A stretch of DNA of 64,000 nucleotides. Origin: Alphaproteobacteria bacterium. Its GTDB lineage: Bacteria > Pseudomonadota > Alphaproteobacteria > RF32 > CAG-239. The translations under genes and the position numbers were made by a program. The stretch is from positions 25,499 to 89,498 of the forward strand of contig JAFSWL010000044.1 of NCBI GenBank assembly GCA_017444525.1. Direction: 5' to 3'. Position 1 is the first letter of the stretch; every line of letters starts with the position of its first letter. Shown piece by piece: positions 56,585-64,000 of this stretch. The notes below the pieces were generated by a model. That model saw only the letters and a list, made by a program, of their open reading frames with translations, did no database searches and was not told the DNA's origin.

Positions 56585-58049
56585 GCTGTTCCGGCAGTCT
56601 TTCGTCTTCGGCAAAGTTACGGAATAAAGTGTATTCACCGTCCCAACCAAGCTTTACCGAACCGGTTGGACCGTGGCGTTGTTTGCCGATAATCACTTCT
56701 GCCTGATGTGCGGTATTGCGATCGCGGATTTCCCATTCTGCATGCTTTTTATTAAATGCTTCTTCCGATTCGTTTTCCGAGCGTTTTGGTTCGGAATTGT
56801 GAATGTAATAATTTTCGCGGAACACAAACATTACAATATCGGCATCTTGCTCAATGGAACCGGATTCACGCAAGTCGGACATTTGCGGCTGCTTATCCTC
56901 ACGCGATTCGACACTACGATTAAGTTGCGATAGGGCAATTACCGGAATTTTCAACTCTTTGGCCAAAATCTTCAAACCACGGGATATTTCCGAAACTTCC
57001 TGCACACGATTTCCTTCGCTTTTTTTGTCACCGGTGCCGCCGATTAGTTGAATATAGTCAATAACAATGAGCCCCAATCCTTTGGTGCGTTTCAAACGAC
57101 GGGCACGTGAACGAATGGCGTTTATACTGACTCCCGGTGTATCATCGATATAAAGTGGAATATTGGCAAGTTCATGAGTGGCACCGGCGATTCGCATCAT
57201 TTCTGCTTCGTTCAAATCACCGACACGCATTTTATGACTGGAAATTTGAATAGTACTGGATAGAATGCGCGCTGCTAATTCATCGGCCGACATTTCAAGC
57301 GAAAAAAATGCAACGCCGCGTTTATCCGGAGGAGTATTCTTATCATTGGCAAAAAAATCGGCAACATTGTAGGCAATATTAGTTGCCAAAGCGGTTTTAC
57401 CCATGGCCGGACGACCTGCCAGAATAATCAGATCCGAGTCATTTAAACCGCCGATCTTGTAGTCAAGCTGATTTAATTTAGTCGGAACACCGGAAATCTT
57501 ACCGCCTTTTTGATAGGCTTTCTCTATGGTTTTAACAGAAGATGTGAGAGCAGCACCAAAATCAATAAAACCGCCCTTGGCATCGCCTTGATCAGCCAAA
57601 TTATAAAGAGATTTTTCTGCCTCGCTAATTTGATCAGTAGCCGAAACCTCCAAATTTTCTTCCATTGCGCTACTGATGATTTCATAACCGGTATTGATAA
57701 GTTCGCGGCGCAGATAACGATCATATATAAACTGAGCATAGTGTTCAACATTTATCAGCGGCGAAGCACTTTCGGCAAGTTTAACCAAATACGGAAAACC
57801 GCCTACCTGTTCAAGCGTACCTTCTTGCTCAAAATAGTTTCTGAGCGTAATAATATCGGCAGTGCGTTCGCGGGCCAACAGTTTTGAAATAGCCTGAAAT
57901 ATTTTGCGATGCGTGGTATCAGCAAAATGTTCCGGTTTCAAAATATCACCGATTTTTTCATAAAACTTATTATTAGCCAGCAATGCGCCGAGTACCGCTT
58001 GTTCGGCTTCAATATTTTGCGGTAATTTCGATATATCAGGTTTTTCCAT
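56577..58049 (-). CDS. dnaB: Replicative DNA helicase DnaB
   Basis: PQNIEAEQAVLGALL...ILAGRPAMGKTALA (Walker A)...VIDYIQL...LSQLNR. Confidence 0.97.
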   Translation of the reverse strand: MEKPDISKLPQNIEAEQAVLGALLANNKFYEKIGDILKPEHFADTTHRKIFQAISKLLARERTADIITLRNYFEQEGTLEQVGGFPYLVKLAESASPLINVEHYAQFIYDRYLRRELINTGYEIISSAMEENLEVSATDQISEAEKSLYNLADQGDAKGGFIDFGAALTSSVKTIEKAYQKGGKISGVPTKLNQLDYKIGGLNDSDLIILAGRPAMGKTALATNIAYNVADFFANDKNTPPDKRGVAFFSLEMSADELAARILSSTIQISSHKMRVGDLNEAEMMRIAGATHELANIPLYIDDTPGVSINAIRSRARRLKRTKGLGLIVIDYIQLIGGTGDKKSEGNRVQEVSEISRGLKILAKELKIPVIALSQLNRSVESREDKQPQMSDLRESGSIEQDADIVMFVFRENYYIHNSEPKRSENESEEAFNKKHAEWEIRDRNTAHQAEVIIGKQRHGPTGSVKLGWDGEYTLFRNFAEDERLPEQHG

Positions 58050-58177
58050 TTTCCGCCTTCGTTTTTTAAGAGAAATTTTAATGTCGAAATTTGTTATAAA
58101 CGATACAGCTATTTTGGATACAAAAATCTTTTTCGGTTTGTGGATAACGGGTATAATTTATGCCGTATTGTATTATG

Positions 58178-58618
58178 CTATTCGCGGTGGTACGGATGGT
58201 GATTGATTATGGTCTGGATACGATATATTTGCTCACATAAAACCGCCCGCATTAAAATATGGGGTAGAGTGAGTTTGCCGAATGAGAGAATTAAATCGGC
58301 TTTGTCGCGAGTGGATGGCAAATGTCCGTCGGCACCGCCGATTAAAAAACAAATTTCCGAGTATCCGTCATTGAGCCAGTTTTCGACTTTTTGAGCCAAA
58401 TCCATGCTGGAAATATTAACCCCGCGTTCATCCAAAACAATCACTTTGGCTCCGTGCGGTATGGAATTTTGCAAGAACTTAGCCTCATCTTCTTGATTGG
58501 AATTATCTTGTTCTTTAATCACGATATCCCAGCCGGAACGTTTGATGTATTCGGCAATAATTGCCGCTTCAGGCGCATTTTTTTTGCATTTTCCGATGGC
58601 AATAATCGTGACTTTCAT
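58178..58618 (-). CDS. rlmH: 23S rRNA (pseudouridine1915-N3)-methyltransferase RlmH
   Basis: SPOUT-type sequence: VIVLDERG...FLIGGADGH...LSFGKLTLPH...R..L.EQIYR. Confidence 0.92.
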   Translation of the reverse strand: MKVTIIAIGKCKKNAPEAAIIAEYIKRSGWDIVIKEQDNSNQEDEAKFLQNSIPHGAKVIVLDERGVNISSMDLAQKVENWLNDGYSEICFLIGGADGHLPSTRDKADLILSFGKLTLPHILMRAVLCEQIYRIQTIINHHPYHRE

Positions 58619-58622
58619 CAGT

Positions 58623-58973
58623 TTATTTTTCTCTTAAATTAGCAATTGATTGCCACATTTTTTCAAGATTATAAAACTCGCGTACTTCCGGACGGAAAAT
58701 GTGCACAATCACGTCAAAAGCATCAATCAGCACCCAATCGGCTTTTTCTTCGCCTTCCGAAGTGCTTTTATGTCCGGCAGCTTTCAGATTTTCCTCGATT
58801 TTTTGCGCAATAGAGGCAACGTGTCGATTCGAGTTACCGCTTGCCACCACCATATAACTGGCAATCGATGTTTTTCCTTCCAAGTCGATGATTACAATAT
58901 CTTCGGCTTTCATATCTTCAAGTGAGTCGGTAATGATTTTTAAAATCGCATTATTTTCTTTTTGGTTTGTCAC
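58623..58973 (-). CDS. rsfS: Ribosomal silencing factor RsfS
   Basis: LEDMKAEDIVIIDL...YMVVASGNSNRHV...WVLIDAFDVIVHIF..E.REFYNLEKMW. Confidence 0.93.
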   Translation of the reverse strand: MTNQKENNAILKIITDSLEDMKAEDIVIIDLEGKTSIASYMVVASGNSNRHVASIAQKIEENLKAAGHKSTSEGEEKADWVLIDAFDVIVHIFRPEVREFYNLEKMWQSIANLREK

Positions 58974-58989
58974 TTTTCATCCTCCTTAA

Positions 58990-60054
<1,065 letters not shown>

Positions 60055-60112
60055 TTACCTCAAAGTACAAATAAAGGGGCATTACGCCCCTTATATTCAA
60101 TCGCTTCAAAAA

Positions 60113-60367
60113 CTATTCGGTAACGACGGAAACATAAACCTTGTCGTTGGCTTTGGTTTTGAATTCAACCTTGCCTTCGGAAGTAGCAAAAATTGTGTGA
60201 TCCTTACCCAAACCTACATTCTGCCCCGGATGATACTTGGTACCGCGTTGACGAATGATTATGTTGCCAGGGATTACAGCTTCGCCGCCGAACTTTTTAA
60301 CACCCAAACGACGACCTTCGGAATCGCGGCCGTTACTGGAGCTACCACCTGATTTCTTATGTGCCAT
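60113..60367 (-). CDS. rpmA: 50S ribosomal protein L27
   Basis: [28 protein letters not shown]. Confidence 0.97.
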   Translation of the reverse strand: MAHKKSGGSSSNGRDSEGRRLGVKKFGGEAVIPGNIIIRQRGTKYHPGQNVGLGKDHTIFATSEGKVEFKTKANDKVYVSVVTE

Positions 60368-60386
60368 AACGTTTTCTCCCTATAAA

Positions 60387-60686
60387 TTAACCTAAAATAT
60401 CCGTGATTTTAACAATCGTGATATTTTGTCTGTGACCGTTTTTACGACGATAGTTCTGTCTTCTTTTCTTTTTGAAAACAATAACTTTTTTGTCTTTTGC
60501 TTGTTTTACGACCAAAGCCTTAACGCTTGCACCCTTAACGAGCGGAGTGCCGATTGTGGAATCGAGCGCCAAAACTTCGTTGAAAACAACTTCTTTTCCT
60601 TCTTCACCGGCGATTTTTTCAATCTTTACAACGTCACCGGTTGTGACATTATACTGTTTACCGCCTGTTTTAATTACTGCGTACAT
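60387..60686 (-). CDS. rplU: 50S ribosomal protein L21
   Basis: [16 protein letters not shown]...EK and [15 protein letters not shown]. Confidence 0.96.
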   Translation of the reverse strand: MYAVIKTGGKQYNVTTGDVVKIEKIAGEEGKEVVFNEVLALDSTIGTPLVKGASVKALVVKQAKDKKVIVFKKKRRQNYRRKNGHRQNITIVKITDILG

Positions 60687-60796
60687 ATCCTTTTCCTTTA
60701 ATTTTAAATATAAAGCAATGGCTTGTAATATACATAAGTTTTTATCTCTGTCAACCTAAAAATAACGATTTTTTAATTTTTTTTTAATTCGCAAAA

Positions 60797-63700
60797 TTAA
60801 AACGCATATTTAAAGTCAAGCCAACCGCTGTGATCCTGATAATGCTTGCGGAATTTAGCCTCATAACCTACACCTAATTCCAAGTGGTCAGTTAACACAA
60901 CAGAAGAGCCGATACCGATTTCAACACCGAAACGCGGCATACTCTTGCCGTCAACGGTATAGCTGGTACCATTCGGCAAACTGACAAAGGCATTATCTTT
61001 ATCGCTGATAACATCATACATAATACCTGCATAAGCGTGCGGCTTGAAACTGCTATAAGATGTTTCCGCTTTCACTCCCAATGTAGCCCGCAGCAAATCC
61101 ATATCGTTGCCGGAAACGCTTTGCATTGCCTCATCAACATAGGCGTGGCGTTTTATTTTGTAATATCTTGCACCTAACTCAGGGGTAAGGTATTTAAATG
61201 TATATCCGGTCAGACCTTGAACACTATATATATCGGCACTGTAATGCGCACTGATATTGCGTCCGAGAACGCGCTTATCCTCATCGAAATCGGTATGACC
61301 ATAGCTCAAAACACCGTTAATAAACCAGTTGCTCGGGCGGTACTCGCCGTAAATATATCCTTGCAGCGTTTGAATATTTACATCGCGTCGGAAAGCGTTT
61401 ACGTCGGTGTCGTCAAATTGCATACCGATACCGACTTTGGTTGCGGAGGCAATCTTTTTATCAACACCGGCAATAAATCCGCGATCATCGGCATCATAGC
61501 CGTAGGTGTCACCGTGATTTTGCATTTTTGACTTGGCGTAATATGTTTTTACCCAAGTTTTAACATCGCTCAAATCCGGATAGCCGTCGCCTGAAGATAA
61601 TCCACCGTTCATAAAAGACTTAATCAGGTGATTATCAACTGTCAGCAATAATCTGTCAGTTAAGTCTATCAAAGCAGATTGTCCCATACCGTCATCATTC
61701 GGTGCTAAAGCCGTCAAAACCTTATTGAATTCCACACCGTTGGTTTGCGCCAAACGCGCCAAATCATCGGCAATTCCTTGCGCTATCGGATTACCGTGCG
61801 ACGGACCGTCAACCCATGCTCCTGCCGCGTCCTGATTGTTTCCGCTGCCGCCGTTTTCTTCGGAAATTTCACGCGCGGTTTTGGTTTGATATACTCCGTA
61901 AATACCGGATTTATCGGACTTGCGGGCAAAGCCGTACATATTGTTATGGAACTCATCACTGAAGTTGTTGTTATTGATATCCGAGCCGTCACTCAAGCTG
62001 AGCAAGGCCACCTCGCCGAATTTTTTACCGTCCAGCGGATTTTGCCCGAATGTAATATCAATCTTTGCTCCGTCGGCAATATCAAAGCTGTCGGCCTTAA
62101 TTGCACCGTAATCTCCGCTGATGCTGTTTACATCAAGCTTAAGCGTCGAGCCTTTTCCGAATACGGCTTTTTTAGCCATAACTTTATTATTTGCTGCCTC
62201 AAGTGTTCCGTCAACATTGAGGTTAACATTACTGACATCGGCATTTTGCAGACTCATTTTTCCGCCGGCGGCAACATCAATCGGTGATTTACCTTGACTG
62301 TCGGTCAGCGCCGCATCTTGCAACGTAACGCTGGCACCATCGGCAATTACAAACCCGTTGTGTCCGTTCAAATCAATCGTTGATTTTTGAGCACCGTCAG
62401 CCACACCCTTAATCGTCAAATTGCCGTAGGTTGTGCCGGAATCGTCTTCTGCTTTATAAACTTCATCGGCAGTATCGGCAATAAAGTTTTTATCATCTAA
62501 TTTCGCCTGATTGACGAGTGCCAGTGTATCACCGAGTTTTTCTTCATCTTCCGTAGTATCGGTAGAAATCGTTACACCGATGGAATCGTTTAAGGTATCG
62601 GTGGTAGCCAAGCCGAATTGCCCCTCGGTTTTGGTGGTAACTACTTTTTTATTGAATTCGTCCGACCATTTGGTGTTGGCGGTAACTTCATCAACCACGG
62701 TTTCTTCTTTTTCGTCGATTACAAACTTTTCGGTTAAGTCGTCGCTTAAAGCCAGTTGCAAATCGGCCGCATCAGTCGTGCCCTGCGTTTTGAGCACTTG
62801 TACTTTGAAATCGTCAGTAATATCGGATTTTGCGCTATCGACATAATTGATTTCGTTCAATGTCACCGTGCCGCTCGAAGCTGTGGTCGCACTTGCGTCG
62901 GTGGCAAATGTATCTGCCTTTTTATCTTTGGTGTTAATATCGATTTTCCACTTGGAGTCGGCATTGGAAGTCAAAGACTTGAGTGAATAATCGTGCAACG
63001 TGCCGTCGGTAGTTTCCAAAGTAACTTTTTCCACCGTGACATCACTGTTGCTGATATCGTTATAAAGCTGTACCGTACCTGTCGCATCACCGGTAATGGC
63101 AACCGCAGCGTTTTCGCCGTCAATGGTATCATAGAAAGTGGCTGTACCGCTGTTGGTAGCCGAGATTGTCAAATCGGCATTATCCATATAAATGGCATTG
63201 GCAACATCGTTGATTTTATTGCCTTTGAACAGGGTTGTGCCGTTATCGGCGGCAATGGTTAAATCTTGGTCAGTATAAATCGCCGCACCAAAACCTTCGC
63301 CGCTCGCGGTAAAAGTATTGTCGGTAAAGGTCGAGTTTTTAATCCCGTTGGTAATTTCACCTTCGTTATAGATTACACCGCCGTAAACATTTGTTGCCGA
63401 ACCGGTATTTTTATCAAAAGTGCCGCTGATGGAAGCGATAGTGATGACAGCGCTGTTATCGACTAACATATTACCGATGACACCACCGTAAATATCTCCG
63501 TTTTGAGAAATAGCACTGTTTTTGCTGAAATTACCATTAATGTTGCCGATGGTTGCCGTGCCCTTACCTGCCATATTTAGAATTGTGCCACCTATAACAT
63601 TACCATAAGCGGTATAGGCTACGTTCTCCGTAAAGTCAGCGGTTATATTGCCGATTTGTGAAGCTATGTTTTGATAGCCGTGTCCGCGCCACCAATATAT

Positions 63701-64000
63701 GTATGAAACATTAAAAATAGCGGCGCCGCCGACATCGCCGGTTACTCCGCCGTCAGATGTTGCCGTAGAAATCGCATAGTTATTTTCGAATTTGGCATTA
63801 TTAATGGAATTGATAAGACCGTAGGCATTGGCGATTGCTCCGCCAAAACCGCCTTCAGGGAACCATGCGCGATAATTATCAACCCAACCATTATATGGTG
63901 GATAACCATAATCCCAGTTTGGATCATAATGCCAATCCATATAGACAACCGGAGTGTTTCCGCTCGGTGCGGTTATGGTTACGCCGTTACCAACAAAATC
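60797..64000 (-). CDS. Autotransporter adhesin with Pmp-type (GGA-I/L/V, FxxN) passenger repeats and a C-terminal beta-barrel; 5' end outside the window
   Basis: The reading frame stays open upstream of the ATG at 63940 through to the window edge. Repeated GGAIAN/GGAAIFN/GGVIGN/GGVIYN plus F..N motifs. The C-terminal barrel ends in GWLDFKYAF. Confidence 0.85.
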   Translation of the reverse strand, partial: DFVGNGVTITAPSGNTPVVYMDWHYDPNWDYGYPPYNGWVDNYRAWFPEGGFGGAIANAYGLINSINNAKFENNYAISTATSDGGVTGDVGGAAIFNVSYIYWWRGHGYQNIASQIGNITADFTENVAYTAYGNVIGGTILNMAGKGTATIGNINGNFSKNSAISQNGDIYGGVIGNMLVDNSAVITIASISGTFDKNTGSATNVYGGVIYNEGEITNGIKNSTFTDNTFTASGEGFGAAIYTDQDLTIAADNGTTLFKGNKINDVANAIYMDNADLTISATNSGTATFYDTIDGENAAVAITGDATGTVQLYNDISNSDVTVEKVTLETTDGTLHDYSLKSLTSNADSKWKIDINTKDKKADTFATDASATTASSGTVTLNEINYVDSAKSDITDDFKVQVLKTQGTTDAADLQLALSDDLTEKFVIDEKEETVVDEVTANTKWSDEFNKKVVTTKTEGQFGLATTDTLNDSIGVTISTDTTEDEEKLGDTLALVNQAKLDDKNFIADTADEVYKAEDDSGTTYGNLTIKGVADGAQKSTIDLNGHNGFVIADGASVTLQDAALTDSQGKSPIDVAAGGKMSLQNADVSNVNLNVDGTLEAANNKVMAKKAVFGKGSTLKLDVNSISGDYGAIKADSFDIADGAKIDITFGQNPLDGKKFGEVALLSLSDGSDINNNNFSDEFHNNMYGFARKSDKSGIYGVYQTKTAREISEENGGSGNNQDAAGAWVDGPSHGNPIAQGIADDLARLAQTNGVEFNKVLTALAPNDDGMGQSALIDLTDRLLLTVDNHLIKSFMNGGLSSGDGYPDLSDVKTWVKTYYAKSKMQNHGDTYGYDADDRGFIAGVDKKIASATKVGIGMQFDDTDVNAFRRDVNIQTLQGYIYGEYRPSNWFINGVLSYGHTDFDEDKRVLGRNISAHYSADIYSVQGLTGYTFKYLTPELGARYYKIKRHAYVDEAMQSVSGNDMDLLRATLGVKAETSYSSFKPHAYAGIMYDVISDKDNAFVSLPNGTSYTVDGKSMPRFGVEIGIGSSVVLTDHLELGVGYEAKFRKHYQDHSGWLDFKYAF

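Noticed and set aside
58139-58147. Perfect DnaA box TGTGGATAA upstream of dnaB; a second perfect box at 41227..41235 and an 8-of-9 box inside recF near 42478
   Set aside because: These are isolated single boxes. About one perfect 9-mer is expected by chance in 64 kb on both strands. The dnaB-promoter copy could be regulatory, but the sequence alone cannot support that.

Overview
This is a chromosomal segment from a low-GC Gram-negative bacterium whose core genes carry clear Shine-Dalgarno sites. The gene content points to an Alphaproteobacterium, though this is inference only: an IalB-family protein, two UPF0260/YcgN paralogs, rpsT-dnaA-dnaN-recF, rplU-rpmA-obg-rsfS-rlmH, and a C-terminal-J-domain protein next to mutM.

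Housekeeping backbone: rplK-rplA, sufB-sufC-sufD, pgpA, cca, rlmN, eno, dnaA/dnaN/recF, rpsT, mutM, dnaB, rlmH, rsfS, obg, rpmA and rplU. By eye I found no rRNA, tRNA, CRISPR array, transposase or integrase.

Accessory content:
1. A four-gene ArnT-like/GT2/YdjC/GtrA envelope glycan-modification cluster (3.5-7.2 kb).
2. Two compositionally deviant insertions carrying a family of modular surface-lipoprotein genes. One encodes 1494 aa with five 180-aa modules, two of which form a near-identical 540-bp tandem repeat. The other encodes 764 aa and is followed by a putative beta-barrel gene. All three genes share an SD-less A-rich leader motif.
3. A two-gene operon encoding a 1407-aa protein with a prepilin-type N-terminus, i.e. 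a giant pilin-like protein.
4. A duplicated module (3' end of the J-domain gene plus a promoter) that drives two high-GC, SD-less foreign ORFs: a macro-domain protein and a 250-aa orphan.
5. A 430-bp GIY-YIG-plus-palindrome cassette, flanked by 17-bp direct repeats, inserted between the two ycgN paralogs.
6. A MazG-like ORF wedged into the suf operon.
7. Several orphan proteins with secretion signals, membrane segments or zincin motifs, and a Pmp-repeat autotransporter truncated by the window end.

The best candidates for something undescribed lie near the window centre: the giant pilin-like operon (25.3-30.7 kb) and the lipoprotein/beta-barrel island flanked by a GTCAT-type repeat family (30.8-34.8 kb). 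All functional calls come from motif recognition by eye. No database search was run.
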